A stretch of DNA of 64,000 nt from Candidatus Algichlamydia australiensis (GCA_033977065.1 JAXCHI010000002.1:192001-256000); one strand, 5' to 3'; positions 51,224 through 61,920 are shown, counted from the first letter of the stretch. Notes: generated by a model from the sequence alone, not told the origin. Translations and numbers: made by a program.

Positions 51224-52963
51224 GTGATAAGGGTGCTTCTTTTTTTAGTACCCGCAATGCTCCTTGCTAAACACTCGATTCTTCTTCCTACTGAGGAGGA
51301 ACTTGCCCACAAAATAGAAGATCACTTTATTCTTGAAGATTATGCAAGAGCAGAAGAGTTACTCAAATGGGGGTATGCGCACTATTCTGATTCTCTTATT
51401 TTAAAAAAGTTAGAACTTAAGCAACTCTCTCGTACAGGAAGGCAGAGAGAGGCGTTAGAAATTTGGAAGAAGATGCCTCTTCTTCCCGATAAAGAGCGGC
51501 GTCATCTACTTGAAGAGCTTGCTTGGGGGACCCTTGTAAAGGGGGAGGATTCGCAACAGTTTCCCTCGCGCTACTTTGCGCTTTTGGGAGCCTTTTTTAC
51601 AAGAGATGCGCGCGCCACATTTTATCTGCAAAGAGCTCTACGCTCTTCAAACGCAGCCCTACGCTCAATTGCAGTTCAGATGGTAGCAGATTACCGCGAT
51701 CCAGTTCTCATTGATGAGATCATTGAGATGATCGAATCGGAGAGAAATCAAAATGTGCGTTATGCATTGATGCAGACGGTTGGTCGTTTAAAGATCTACT
51801 CGGTTTCTCAGAAGCTTGAGCAACTACTCGATGGAGCAAGAGAGGATCTGCGCATGCGTGGATTCATTACTGAAGCGCTTGTCCACCTCTATGAAGATTT
51901 ATCTCAAGAGAGACTTTACGCTCTTCTCAATTCCCCTCGAACTGCAATGCGCTATCTAGGAGCACGCCTTATTGCCTATCTTGATCGCAGTGAAGAGATA
52001 CCTAAGCTAATCGATCTTCTAGATGATCCTTCTATTGACATACGTGTTATCGCGCTCTGCTCTCTGGGCGAGTTTTCTAATAAAACCTTACAAGACCAAA
52101 AACAACTTCGCGATAAACTTCTTCTCTTTAGTGTCGATACAAACCCGCACCTTGCATTAACCGCATCTTGGTTACTTCTGCGTACGGATCCTGTTGCAGC
52201 GCAAGCTCCTTTACACAAACTCCTCTATGAGTCTCATCAAAAGATTCGCCTTCTTGCTACAAGCGCCATTACAATTGCAGGAGAAGCGGGCTTACCACTT
52301 CTTCGTGAAGCGCTCTATAATAGTCCCGATGAATATGTGCGACTTAACAGCGCAAACGGGCTTCTCTCGCTTCGTGAAGAGACAAAAACAGCAAAAGATG
52401 AAATTAGCCATTTTCTCCATAAACAGACCGATCAAATCATGATCGATCGCTACAGCCACCCGATCTTTTCGCCTATCGCCCCATCGCTTGTGCGCCACTC
52501 TGTACAAGTCGCACGGCGTCCAGAGATGGTCGATCATCAGACACGCCTCTCTCTTATCTCTCTCCTTGCTATCGTCAACGATCCTCGTGCCGAATCTCTC
52601 ATCAAAGAATTTCTTCTCTCGCAAAACCTCAATATTGGCATGACTGCAACTGTAACGCTGATGAAAGAGGGGAGCAACGAAGGGCTAGAGCTTATCCGTA
52701 ACTTTCTTCACGACTCCAACCCAAAGCTTCGGCTGCAAGCAGCTCTCGCTCTTGCCTTCCTCTGGCAAGATCCAGCAGCCCTTTCTGTACTCACCAGCCT
52801 TTATGAAAAAGTTCCTTACGAAACCAAACTTGTCATCCTCGAGGCAGTCGCCGGAATCGGCGGCATGGCCCAAATCCCTTTTCTCCTCGAGCGACTTGAA
52901 GAACCTTTCCTCGTTCTACGTATCGCAGCAAGTTCTGCTCTCATCCAAGCGCTCCACCATTAG
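51224..52963 (+). CDS. HEAT repeat protein (CT384-like)
   Basis: Repeated helical units such as LLDDPSIDIRVIAL and LHDSNPKLRLQAALAL; conserved position after HIT. Confidence 0.75.
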   Translation: MIRVLLFLVPAMLLAKHSILLPTEEELAHKIEDHFILEDYARAEELLKWGYAHYSDSLILKKLELKQLSRTGRQREALEIWKKMPLLPDKERRHLLEELAWGTLVKGEDSQQFPSRYFALLGAFFTRDARATFYLQRALRSSNAALRSIAVQMVADYRDPVLIDEIIEMIESERNQNVRYALMQTVGRLKIYSVSQKLEQLLDGAREDLRMRGFITEALVHLYEDLSQERLYALLNSPRTAMRYLGARLIAYLDRSEEIPKLIDLLDDPSIDIRVIALCSLGEFSNKTLQDQKQLRDKLLLFSVDTNPHLALTASWLLLRTDPVAAQAPLHKLLYESHQKIRLLATSAITIAGEAGLPLLREALYNSPDEYVRLNSANGLLSLREETKTAKDEISHFLHKQTDQIMIDRYSHPIFSPIAPSLVRHSVQVARRPEMVDHQTRLSLISLLAIVNDPRAESLIKEFLLSQNLNIGMTATVTLMKEGSNEGLELIRNFLHDSNPKLRLQAALALAFLWQDPAALSVLTSLYEKVPYETKLVILEAVAGIGGMAQIPFLLERLEEPFLVLRIAASSALIQALHH

Positions 52964-53125
52964 ATAGCGTCGTCAAAAGCATACAACCATCTTATTTTTC
53001 ATGTTTGGGCTCCATTTTTGTGCTCAAATGAAGCGGAATTTACAAATTCAGCTTCAATTTCCGCACAAAAATAAGCTGCAAACATGAAAAATAATCTGAT
53101 TATAGCCTTTTGACGACACTATCTA
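52961..53125. mobile_element. Family A MITE, copy 3, inserted in a stop codon
   Basis: Same sequence as 4510-4674; its first TAG is the stop of the HEAT gene. Confidence 0.9.
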
Positions 53126-53203
53126 AAATAAAGGTTGTAATTTTATCAAATCTTAATATTTGCTATGCTGAAGCAATCTTTAAAATAGTATTGGTGAATT
53201 TCA

Positions 53204-56173
53204 ATGAAAGCTGCAAAAGTAACGCAAGAAATCCAAAAGGCATCGTGGCCCCTACCTAAAAATTTAACTGCTGTACAGAAATTTTTTAACACATCGATTG
53301 CCTATAGCAAGGAAAATCCTTATCTAGCTTTGGGTCTACTTGCAGGGGGTGTAACCGTTATTGGTGGAGCCTATTTTGCTAATAAACGCTGGGGAGCTCT
53401 CTCTTGCGTAAAACATTTATTGGGTTATGGCAATGCGGTCGCAAAAACCCCAGAAAAACCAGAAAGCAAGCTCCTTACCAAAGCCGAGTCGGACCGAGTT
53501 TACAATAAAATAAAAACAGATTTTGAAGCTTTTGAGAAAGCTCTTGAAAAGTGGGTCGAAGAACCAAACAAACTCGTTCCCGAAAAGAGCAAGAGGGAAA
53601 AAATAGCAAAAGATTTAATAAAAGAGCCTTTTTCCTTTCATGCAGAGGTTTATGTTGAATTAGGGAAATATGACGGACCAATGCCAACTTTGGGTGCTGG
53701 ACTTTATGTTTGGGTATCTGAAGCAAATAGTCAAAAAGAAAAGAGTGAAAGACTTACAGCTGCAGATAAGATTTTGAAGTGGAGAAGCGGTGAATTAGAC
53801 TTGTCTAATTTGAATTTAACGGAATTCCCAATTGCAATATTAGATCTTAAAAATGTCACTAGCTTGAATTGTTCAGGAAATAAGTTAAGTCAGGATAGCG
53901 CTTTCATAAATAGTTTTTTTAAAGCTGTAGATATTGAAAGTAAGGAAGAAGAATCTCAGAAGCTTAACAAAAAGTTTCGAGCTAAAGTTGCGTTAATTAA
54001 ACAATTAGATCTATCAGATAATCGAATTTCTGATCTAAATGATAATCCAATAATTAAAAATATTACTCACCTTAACCTTTCTAATAATACAATTGAAGAT
54101 CTTGATTTTTTTCAAAACTTAGAAAAGTTAGAAGAGTTGAACTTAAGCGGGAATCAGGAACTGAAAGAAAATGAGATCCCTAATCTTAAAAGGCTGCCAA
54201 AAGGGTGTAAAATAGACTTGTCCAATACTCCATATGAAGGGTGGAGTGAGCTACAAGAATACAAAGAAAAAAAATTAAAAGCACAATCAGATACTTTTAC
54301 TAAAGATTTTCCTAAATGGATAGATGGCAAGGAAGGAGTCCGGCTCCTAAAAGATATTTCGTCCGATGGAGGGAACTTTAAAGAGTGGATGGAAGATTTA
54401 GAAAAGGGAAGGTTGCCTAGTTTCTTTTTCAAAAATTTAGACAAATGCCCTTTGCCGCCTTTTACCCTTGAGCACTGTTTATACAAGTGGGTAGAACAAA
54501 ACAATGGCTCTTTAGACGAATTGCACAGAGTAGCAGCTGTAAAAAGAATCTTAGAAAGAAAAGGGGAAGAAGTAGATCTATCAGGATTGAGTTTAGATGA
54601 ACTACCGTACGCATTGCTAATTGTAAAAGGTGTTTCAAAGCTCAATTTATCAGACAATGCATTTGGCTCTGAAGGGGGGAAAGTAGTTAAAGGTCTGCGT
54701 GGATACAACTCTTCCAGCGAAATAAGCCCACTCTTAAAACAGTTTATGGAACCAGTAGAAGAAGTGGATTTCTCAAACTGTGGAATTAAGGCTTTTAAGC
54801 TTTCAGATGAATATCAAAGATTAAAAGCTCTTGACCTTTCCCAAAACGAATTAGAGCACTTTCAGTGTGAAGCTTCTGAAAATGCACTAACAGCGTTAAA
54901 TTTAGAGGGGAATACAAAAATTTCTTCATCAGAAACCTCTTTTTTGCTTTCAGGTCCAGAGTTCGCATCATGTAGCTTGAACGTGAAAGGTACAAGCTTT
55001 GATACCGAAATTGAGATTGCTCGTGGGAGCAAGTTTTCTCTTGGTTGGAAAGATGTTTCTCTTCATCCAAATTTTTATCGCTTAAATACCTCTAAATTGA
55101 TTATTGATGGAGCTTCTACCCTTGAGAAACTAGAGCAAGTAAATCAATTCTCAAATCTAGAAACAATAGTTTTCAAGAATATCACGATTCAAAAAAAAGA
55201 CTGGGAAAGAATTAACTCTTTAAAAGGGTTAAAGAAGATAGAATTTGAGGATTGCACTCTTTCTGACATGACGGCCCTAGAACTTCCAAAAGTTGAAGAA
55301 CTCACTTTTGCAGGAGAAAGTTTCGCAGACTTTCCATCTGGATTTTTTCGAAAGCTTCCTGCTTTAGAGATGTTGAAGCTAGAAGATAACTATAAACTTG
55401 AGAGTTTTCCACTCTCAGTGATAGAACTTCCAAAGACAGCGTTAGTAAAATTAAAAAATACAGCTTTTTCAAAAGAAAAAGTCATCAGAGATATCGACGC
55501 TAGAATTGTCCAAGGACCTAAAAGAGCACCAACAATTGAAGTTTTGGATCCAATTTCTGAAGTTCGTTGTAGAACTTTGAAAGCATTTGACGAGGGGACG
55601 TTTAGGCAGAGTCGAGGATATGCTACTCAAAAAGCAACAATCAAGAAGTTTGAAAGAAAAAGGTGTGGCAATGATTCTTTTAGAAAAGAATATCAGAAAT
55701 ACGAGGAAAAACTATCTCTTCTAGAGATAGAAAAAGATGATGCACTTTATTTGGATACAGGAAGTTATCCTAATCTTAAGCGTATCACTCTTACAGGGCC
55801 CGACGCTAAATGCAGTGATTTTGGCACGCTAAGCATGTTTCCAAAATTAGAAGAGCTCAATCTAATGAATTCTGGTCTTGGTTATATTGGATACTCAGTA
55901 TTTTCTACTTTAAAAAAACTGTCTTTAAATGGGGGAAAGCTTATAGAAGCACCAAACAATATGTCTAAGAACTTTAAAAGACTAGAAGTTGTAGAAATTT
56001 TTGGTAATTGTACTAAAGACGACTTAATGGAATTTGTTAAAAAATTGCCAGAAGGTGTTGAAATTCACTTGATTAATGCAAATCTTAAAAAAGAAGATCT
56101 CAGAGACAAGTTTAATCTTGGCGGTGACCAAAAAGAGGGACATAAGATCATATTTGTTAAAAAGATGCTATAA
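53204..56173 (+). CDS. Large leucine-rich repeat protein (candidate effector)
   Basis: LDLSNLNL, LDLSDNRI, LNLSNNTI, LNLSGN, LDLSQNEL; one N-terminal hydrophobic segment. Confidence 0.85.
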   Translation: MKAAKVTQEIQKASWPLPKNLTAVQKFFNTSIAYSKENPYLALGLLAGGVTVIGGAYFANKRWGALSCVKHLLGYGNAVAKTPEKPESKLLTKAESDRVYNKIKTDFEAFEKALEKWVEEPNKLVPEKSKREKIAKDLIKEPFSFHAEVYVELGKYDGPMPTLGAGLYVWVSEANSQKEKSERLTAADKILKWRSGELDLSNLNLTEFPIAILDLKNVTSLNCSGNKLSQDSAFINSFFKAVDIESKEEESQKLNKKFRAKVALIKQLDLSDNRISDLNDNPIIKNITHLNLSNNTIEDLDFFQNLEKLEELNLSGNQELKENEIPNLKRLPKGCKIDLSNTPYEGWSELQEYKEKKLKAQSDTFTKDFPKWIDGKEGVRLLKDISSDGGNFKEWMEDLEKGRLPSFFFKNLDKCPLPPFTLEHCLYKWVEQNNGSLDELHRVAAVKRILERKGEEVDLSGLSLDELPYALLIVKGVSKLNLSDNAFGSEGGKVVKGLRGYNSSSEISPLLKQFMEPVEEVDFSNCGIKAFKLSDEYQRLKALDLSQNELEHFQCEASENALTALNLEGNTKISSSETSFLLSGPEFASCSLNVKGTSFDTEIEIARGSKFSLGWKDVSLHPNFYRLNTSKLIIDGASTLEKLEQVNQFSNLETIVFKNITIQKKDWERINSLKGLKKIEFEDCTLSDMTALELPKVEELTFAGESFADFPSGFFRKLPALEMLKLEDNYKLESFPLSVIELPKTALVKLKNTAFSKEKVIRDIDARIVQGPKRAPTIEVLDPISEVRCRTLKAFDEGTFRQSRGYATQKATIKKFERKRCGNDSFRKEYQKYEEKLSLLEIEKDDALYLDTGSYPNLKRITLTGPDAKCSDFGTLSMFPKLEELNLMNSGLGYIGYSVFSTLKKLSLNGGKLIEAPNNMSKNFKRLEVVEIFGNCTKDDLMEFVKKLPEGVEIHLINANLKKEDLRDKFNLGGDQKEGHKIIFVKKML

Positions 56174-56174
56174 A

Positions 56175-56576
56175 TTAAGTTGTAAGTAAACGAAGAGCCT
56201 CTTGCTGCATTTTTAAATAGAGGCTCTTTAATCCGTTTGAACGGGTGGGGCTTAAGAGAGAAAGCAAGCCTAATTCTTCCAAAAACTTTGGCTGTTCCTT
56301 AATGACTATCTCGGGCTCTAGGCCGCTGTAAGCACTTTTTAATAGGGAGCCAAGGCCGGCGGAGATCAGAGCATCTGACCAGACTTCAAAAAATACCTTT
56401 CCGTCTCGAAATTTGGTTGTAAGAAACATTTGGCTCTGGCATCCATGTACAAGATTTTCTTTACACATCAATTTCTCATCCAATTTCGGCAGATTTCTCC
56501 CTAGTGCAATGATTTTTTCATACTTCTCTTGCGGGCTCTTACAGCTAGCAAAAGTTTTTTTAATTTCTTCAAACAT
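56175..56576 (-). CDS. sufE: SufE family sulfur acceptor
   Basis: VHGCQSQ, SDALISAGL, LSPTRSNGL. Confidence 0.9.
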   Translation of the reverse strand: MFEEIKKTFASCKSPQEKYEKIIALGRNLPKLDEKLMCKENLVHGCQSQMFLTTKFRDGKVFFEVWSDALISAGLGSLLKSAYSGLEPEIVIKEQPKFLEELGLLSLLSPTRSNGLKSLYLKMQQEALRLLTT

Positions 56577-56609
56577 GACAATATGTTACCAAAAACAAAT
56601 CAAATATTC

Positions 56610-56790
56610 TAGCCGTGCTCGCTTGCGAGCACTCGATGGACTTCGCTTGGCAACGAAAAATCGTGGTGCAAGAGGAAGGAGCAGTGCTCCGCACGGCCTT
56701 CCGATGAAACGCGATTTGGCGTGGCAATGGAAGTCTCAAGGGGGCCAGCAGGGGGTGTGCCTGCGGTCACACTCCCGACATGAAGTAAAG
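56610..56790. repeat. GC-rich hairpin cluster containing a family C-like core
   Basis: GTGCTCGC-tt-GCGAGCAC; reverse strand cgccaaatcg...gccgtgc-gga-gcactgc; GGGGGTGTG/CACACTCCC. Confidence 0.5.
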
Positions 56791-56922
56791 TGGCAGAAAA
56801 CTAAATTTATTATTTTATGTTTTCAAACCTGTATAGCAAAAAGAAATTTTTTTTCAAGAAGTTCTTGGAGGAAAATACAGGGTCGGATATGATAGATTAA
56901 GTTCCCTGAGTGGTTTACACCT

Positions 56923-57144
56923 ATGTCAAAAAAAGAAGATGTGATCAAATTAGATGGAAAAGTTGAAGAACTTCTCCCCAACATGACTTTTCGAGTTGCC
57001 CTCGAAAATGGAATGAAAGTTTTGGCCCATCTCTGTGGCAAAATGCGCATGAGAAATATCCGAGTCCTAGTAGGCGATACCGTTACGGTTGAAATATCTC
57101 CTTACGACTTGAGCAAAGCGCGTATTGTCTACAGAAAAAGATAG
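56923..57144 (+). CDS. infA: Translation initiation factor IF-1
   Basis: [28 protein letters not shown]. Confidence 0.98.
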   Translation: MSKKEDVIKLDGKVEELLPNMTFRVALENGMKVLAHLCGKMRMRNIRVLVGDTVTVEISPYDLSKARIVYRKR

Positions 57145-57151
57145 GATATAC

Positions 57152-57180
57152 TTGCGAATTTTCGCATGCTCAGCTACAAT
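57152..57180 (+). promoter_or_regulatory. Promoter of tRNA-Thr/tuf
   Basis: TTGCGA-17 nt-TACAAT. Confidence 0.65.
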
Positions 57181-57220
57181 TTGAGGCGTTTAGTGCCCAG
57201 GTAGGAACAAAGTTTAAGGC

Positions 57221-57292
<72 letters not shown>

Positions 57293-57359
57293 GAGATTGA
57301 AATAATGACAGAAATGTCAGCTAAAGATTTAAATATCGTTATTCGGAGGAATAGATCAA

Positions 57360-58544
57360 ATGGCAAAAGAAGCCTTTCAACGAAATAAGCCCCACGTCAA
57401 CATTGGGACAATTGGCCACGTCGACCACGGAAAAACTACTCTAACTGCTGCTATCACTCAGTGTTTGGCAAAAAAAGGCGGCGCAAAGATGCGTGACTAC
57501 GCTTCTATCGATAATGCTCCTGAAGAGAAAGAGCGTGGAATCACCATTAACTCAAGTCACGTTGAGTACGAAACAGATGCACGTCACTACGCTCACGTAG
57601 ACTGCCCCGGACACGCCGACTATGTGAAAAACATGGTAACAGGTGCTGCGCAAATGGATGGCGGTATTCTTGTTGTAGCTGCTACTGACGGTCCCATGCC
57701 ACAAACAAAAGAACACATTCTTCTTGCTCGTCAGGTTGGAGTGCCTTCTATTGTTGTCTTCATCAACAAAATGGACCAAATCGGTGCAGGTGATGAAGAA
57801 CTCGTTGACCTTGTTGAGATGGAAGTTTCTGAACTTCTCGAAGCAAACGGTTTCAAAGATTGCGCAATCGTTCGTGGTTCAGCTCTAAAAGCCCTAGAGG
57901 GTGATGCAGAGTATGAAGCTAAGATTGAAGAGCTGATGAAAACTGTCGATGAAAAAATCCCAACGCCTAAGCGTGAAGTTGAGAAGCCTTTCTTGATGCC
58001 AATCGAGGACGTGTTCTCTATCTCCGGTCGCGGAACTGTTGTAACAGGTCGCGTTGAGAAGGGAATCATCAAGGTTAACGATAAGATCGAAATTGTTGGG
58101 ATTAGAGAGACTCGTGAGTCTGTAGCAACTGGTCTTGAAATGTTTAACAAACTTCTTGATGAAGCGCGTGCTGGTGAGAACGTTGGTGTTCTTCTACGCG
58201 GTATCGATAAGAAAGATGTAGAGCGCGGAATGGTATTGGCTGCTCCAGGTTCTATCACTCCTCACACAAAATTCAAAGGAAGTGTTTACGTTCTAAAGAA
58301 AGACGAAGGTGGTCGTCACAAGCCTTTCTTCACAGGCTATCGCCCGCAGTTCTTCTTCGGTACTACCGACGTAACTGGAACAGTAAAACTCCCAGAAGGA
58401 ACTGAGATGGTCATGCCTGGTGACAACGTTGAGCTTGAAGGAGAACTTCTTGCACCTGTCGCTATGGAAGATGGTCAGCGTTTTGCGATCCGTGAAGGTG
58501 GCAGAACAATTGGTGCAGGAACTGTATCGAAAATCATCGAGTAA
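57360..58544 (+). CDS. tuf: Elongation factor Tu
   Basis: [22 protein letters not shown]. Confidence 0.99.
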   Translation: MAKEAFQRNKPHVNIGTIGHVDHGKTTLTAAITQCLAKKGGAKMRDYASIDNAPEEKERGITINSSHVEYETDARHYAHVDCPGHADYVKNMVTGAAQMDGGILVVAATDGPMPQTKEHILLARQVGVPSIVVFINKMDQIGAGDEELVDLVEMEVSELLEANGFKDCAIVRGSALKALEGDAEYEAKIEELMKTVDEKIPTPKREVEKPFLMPIEDVFSISGRGTVVTGRVEKGIIKVNDKIEIVGIRETRESVATGLEMFNKLLDEARAGENVGVLLRGIDKKDVERGMVLAAPGSITPHTKFKGSVYVLKKDEGGRHKPFFTGYRPQFFFGTTDVTGTVKLPEGTEMVMPGDNVELEGELLAPVAMEDGQRFAIREGGRTIGAGTVSKIIE

Positions 58545-58561
58545 AACGGGTAGTGCATAGT

Positions 58562-58601
58562 GCTAAAGACACCCTCTAAAAATAGAGGGTGTCTTTGGCT
58601 T
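58562..58601 (+). terminator. Strong hairpin after tuf
   Basis: AAAGACACCCTCTA-aaaa-TAGAGGGTGTCTTT. Confidence 0.7.
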
Positions 58602-58612
58602 ATAAAAATTAT

Positions 58613-58685
58613 GGGTGTGTAGCTCAGCTGGTAGAGCAGCGGTCTCCAAAGCCGCAGGTCGGGGGTTCGATCCCCTCCGCACTCG
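58613..58685 (+). tRNA. tRNA-Trp(CCA)
   Basis: Cloverleaf with anticodon arm GCGGT-CTCCAAA-GCCGC; between tuf and secE. Confidence 0.95.
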
Positions 58686-58690
58686 CAATA

Positions 58691-58825
58691 GGAAGGGCTG
58701 ACCAATTGCTCTTTTCAAGAAGGTTTTGAAAAACAAAGTTAACTCCAAAAGTTAGCGAGTTTAAAAAAACAATTTGGGCCGATTTTTGGGTCCATATTGA
58801 AAAGTCTGAATTGTTCAGAGGTTCC
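58691..58825. repeat. Family D element, inverted and internally deleted, flanked by a GCAATA duplication
   Basis: Reverse complement aligns with 20998-21144; ends GGAA..CTGA / TCAG..TTCC; GCAATA at 58685-58690 and 58826-58831. Confidence 0.8.
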
Positions 58826-58845
58826 GCAATAGAGGTTAAGAGGAT

Positions 58846-59094
58846 ATGAGCGTGGCGCTAAAAAGTAAACGTCTTGCTGAAGCAAAGAAAAGAGCTGCCA
58901 AAGGGGGCTTTTTAGCTGGTATTAAGGAAGAGCTAAAAAAGGTAAGCTGGACGACCAAAGAGGAGCTGCGCGCCTCAAGTAAAATTGTAATTAGTGCAAC
59001 TTTTATTTTCGGAATTGGCATCTATGTTGCCGATCTAGCTATGAAAGGCACTCTTGATGGGATCGCCCATCTTGTACGGATCATAACAGGATAG
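58846..59094 (+). CDS. secE: Preprotein translocase SecE
   Basis: EELKKVSWTTKEEL plus one TM; position before nusG. Confidence 0.93.
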   Translation: MSVALKSKRLAEAKKRAAKGGFLAGIKEELKKVSWTTKEELRASSKIVISATFIFGIGIYVADLAMKGTLDGIAHLVRIITG

Positions 59095-59104
59095 GCGAAA
59101 ACTC

Positions 59105-59644
59105 ATGAATCAGTGGTACGTCGTCCAGGTAATGTCTGGACATGAAAAAAAAGTAAAACGCGCTCTCGAAGAAAATCGAGAGCAGTCTGGTATGCTCGAT
59201 CTCATTGAAGAGGTCTTGTTGCCAATAGAAAATGTTGCAGAGGTAAAAGGTGGGCAGCAGACGGTTGTGGAAAAGCGTCTTTGGCCTGGCTACTTGCTGT
59301 TAAGAATGAATCTTACTGACGATGTCTGGCTCTACATCAAAAACACGAATGGAGTCATTGGCTTTTTAGGGGGAGGGAAACCCACTCCTCTTTCTCAAGT
59401 TGAGGTGGATAACATCTTAGAAGAGCTGAAGAGCAGAAAAGACGAAGTCGTACAGAAACATAAATTAGAAGTAGGTGATGTTGTCAAGATTACAGATGGA
59501 GTCTTTGTCAACTTTACTGGTGAGGTACTAGAAGTTCATCCCGATAAGGGCCGTGTGAGTGTTCTCGTTTCAATTTTCGGTAGAGAGACTCGTGTGGATG
59601 ACTTGGAATTTTGGCAAGTCGAACTGAATACTGAAAATAAATAG
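59105..59644 (+). CDS. nusG: Transcription factor NusG
   Basis: WYVVQVMSGHEKKV, PGYL, KOW domain, VSIFGRET. Confidence 0.97.
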   Translation: MNQWYVVQVMSGHEKKVKRALEENREQSGMLDLIEEVLLPIENVAEVKGGQQTVVEKRLWPGYLLLRMNLTDDVWLYIKNTNGVIGFLGGGKPTPLSQVEVDNILEELKSRKDEVVQKHKLEVGDVVKITDGVFVNFTGEVLEVHPDKGRVSVLVSIFGRETRVDDLEFWQVELNTENK

Positions 59645-59692
59645 ATGTAAGAATTATTGCTACGCAATTACCGAATATAAGGATAGCAAAAA

Positions 59693-60124
59693 ATGGCTAA
59701 GAAAAAGCTCGTAAAACAAATCAAGTTGCAGATCCCTGCGGGGAAAGCAAATCCAGCCCCGCCGATCGGTCCAGCCCTCGGTGCAGCTGGTGTCAATATT
59801 ATGGGATTCTGCAAGGAATTCAATGCCAAAACACAAAAGCAGGCAGGCGATGTCCTCCCTGTTGTGATCAGTGTCTATGCAGACCGCTCTTTTGATTTTA
59901 TCACAAAGCAGCCTCCGATAGCAAAAATGATTTTGAAAAAGCTCGGAATTGAAAAAGGTTCCGGTGTACCTAACCGCGACAAAGTTGGAAAACTTACTCT
60001 ATCTCAGGTTAAGGAAATTGCTGAAAAGAAGATGGAAGACTTGCGTGTATTTAGCATTGAAGCTGCCATGCTCGTTGTTGCTGGAACTGCCCGTTCTATG
60101 GGTGTAGATGTGGTGGAGGGTTAA
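59693..60124 (+). CDS. rplK: 50S ribosomal protein L11
   Basis: [29 protein letters not shown]. Confidence 0.98.
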   Translation: MAKKKLVKQIKLQIPAGKANPAPPIGPALGAAGVNIMGFCKEFNAKTQKQAGDVLPVVISVYADRSFDFITKQPPIAKMILKKLGIEKGSGVPNRDKVGKLTLSQVKEIAEKKMEDLRVFSIEAAMLVVAGTARSMGVDVVEG

Positions 60125-60128
60125 GATC

Positions 60129-60824
60129 ATGGCTAAATTAAGTAAGAGATTTAAAGAGATTGTGAAGTCCTTTGAAGAGGACAAAGAGTACACAGTCGAT
60201 GAAGCTATTGCGATTTTGCAGAAGACTAAAGCTCCCAAATTTGACGAGTCTGTTGAAGTCGCTCTGCGAATGGGTGCTGATCCCAAAAAAGCTGATCAGC
60301 AAGTACGTGGTACAGTCTCCCTTCCGCACGGTACAGGAAAGTCTGTAAAGCTTGTTGTCTTTGCTAAAGGTGATAAGTTAAAAGAGGCGATGGACGCTGG
60401 AGCTGATTTAGCGGGTGACGCTGAGCTCATGGAGAAGATCCAGGGCGGTTGGCTTGATTTCAATGCTGTTATCGCAACACCCGATATGATGCGAGAAATT
60501 GGAAGATTGGCAAAGGTATTAGGTCCAAGAGGCATGATGCCAACTCCTAAAGCAGGAACTGTCACTACAGATGTTGCAAAAGCTGTTAAAGAGATCAAGG
60601 CTGGTAAGATTGAATATCGCTTAGATAAGAATGGCTGTATCAACAATTCAGTTGGTAAGCGCTCCTTTTCTAAAGAGCAGCTTGTTGCCAACATCCTTTC
60701 GTACATTGATGCGATCCAAAAAGCAAAGCCAGTAAGTACAAAGGGCACTTACATGATGAAGTGTGTTCTTTCTACAACTATGGGTCCTGGTCTAAAAATC
60801 AAACTGAGTTCATTGGGAGGCTAA
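60129..60824 (+). CDS. rplA: 50S ribosomal protein L1
   Basis: KFDESVE, VRGTVSLPHGTG, LGPRGMMP, STTMGPG; ATG 60129 after GGAGG. Confidence 0.98.
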   Translation: MAKLSKRFKEIVKSFEEDKEYTVDEAIAILQKTKAPKFDESVEVALRMGADPKKADQQVRGTVSLPHGTGKSVKLVVFAKGDKLKEAMDAGADLAGDAELMEKIQGGWLDFNAVIATPDMMREIGRLAKVLGPRGMMPTPKAGTVTTDVAKAVKEIKAGKIEYRLDKNGCINNSVGKRSFSKEQLVANILSYIDAIQKAKPVSTKGTYMMKCVLSTTMGPGLKIKLSSLGG

Positions 60825-60827
60825 GAA

Positions 60828-61346
60828 ATGCGTAAAGAAAAACAATTACTGCTCGATGAAATCGTTGAGAACTTAGACAAGGCTTCAAGTATTGTCTTGA
60901 TGCGTTATCAAAATTTAGATGCTGATCTAAACTTCTCTTTTCGTTCCAAACTAAGCAAGAGTGGTGGAAAAATTTACGCTTTTAAAAAGCGTGTATTTCT
61001 AAAGGCAATTGCTGAAAAAACAATGGAGTTCTCCAAGGATGAACTTCCTGGGCATGTTGCTGCTGTTTTAGGTGGTGATGATCCAATTGCTGCAGCAAAA
61101 GTGGTTTGCGATTTTAAAAAAGAGTTTAATCAAGACAGTCTCGAAATTCTTGGTGGATTTTTTGAAGGTGCGCAGATCTCTAAGGGTGATGTGCTAGAAA
61201 TTGCAAAACTTCCTGGAAAGGACGAGATGCGTGCACAGCTACTTGGCCTCTTCGAAGCGCCAATGGCTCTATCTCTTGGTGCAATGGATGCTGTGATGAG
61301 CAGTGTGCCTAGTTGCTTAATGCAAAAGAGTGAGAAAGAAGAATAA
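60828..61346 (+). CDS. rplJ: 50S ribosomal protein L10
   Basis: MRKEKQLLL, IAKLPGKDEMRAQLLG; operon position. Confidence 0.95.
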   Translation: MRKEKQLLLDEIVENLDKASSIVLMRYQNLDADLNFSFRSKLSKSGGKIYAFKKRVFLKAIAEKTMEFSKDELPGHVAAVLGGDDPIAAAKVVCDFKKEFNQDSLEILGGFFEGAQISKGDVLEIAKLPGKDEMRAQLLGLFEAPMALSLGAMDAVMSSVPSCLMQKSEKEE

Positions 61347-61500
61347 ATTTAAAGGAATCGCTTGTTGTCTCCAGTAAAGATGCAGCTACTGGATGGCCTC
61401 TCAAAACGAGCAAAACAGCTGTGATGGCTGACAGTTTTTCCTAAGGGAAGAAAAGTCATCACAGGTAAGAGTTAAAAGAGAAAATATTGAGGTAAATAAA

Positions 61501-61899
61501 GTGAGTGAAGAAAAACTAAACCAACTAGTCGAAGAGTTAAGCGCCCTCTCTGTTCTCGACATGTCCAAGCTGAAAAAGATGCTGGAAGAGAAGTGGGACG
61601 TTAAGGCAGCAGCAGGCGGAGGTGTTATGATGGCCGCTCCTGCAGCTGGTGGCGACGGCGGAGATGCTGCAGCTGAAGCAACCGATTTCCAAGTCGTGTT
61701 GACTGAAGTGCCAGCAGACAAAAAAATCGCTGTGATTAAACTTGTGCGTGAAGCAACAGGTCTTGGCTTAAAAGAAGCAAAGGAACTTGTTGAGTCAGCA
61801 CCAAAGCCGGTAAAAGATAGTGCACCAAAAGCAGAAGCAGAAGAACTTAAGAAGAAGTTCGCTGATACAGGTGCTAAAGTGGATCTTAAGCCTGTTTAA
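61501..61899 (+). CDS. rplL: 50S ribosomal protein L7/L12
   Basis: [25 protein letters not shown]. Confidence 0.98.
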   Translation: MSEEKLNQLVEELSALSVLDMSKLKKMLEEKWDVKAAAGGGVMMAAPAAGGDGGDAAAEATDFQVVLTEVPADKKIAVIKLVREATGLGLKEAKELVESAPKPVKDSAPKAEAEELKKKFADTGAKVDLKPV

Positions 61900-61920
61900 A
61901 GTTAATCATTTAAGGTTTTT

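Noticed and set aside
56670..56690. GGAAGGAGCAG as SRP RNA
   Set aside because: The upstream CAGG-CC half of the conserved helix is missing; the sequence fits the family C hairpin instead
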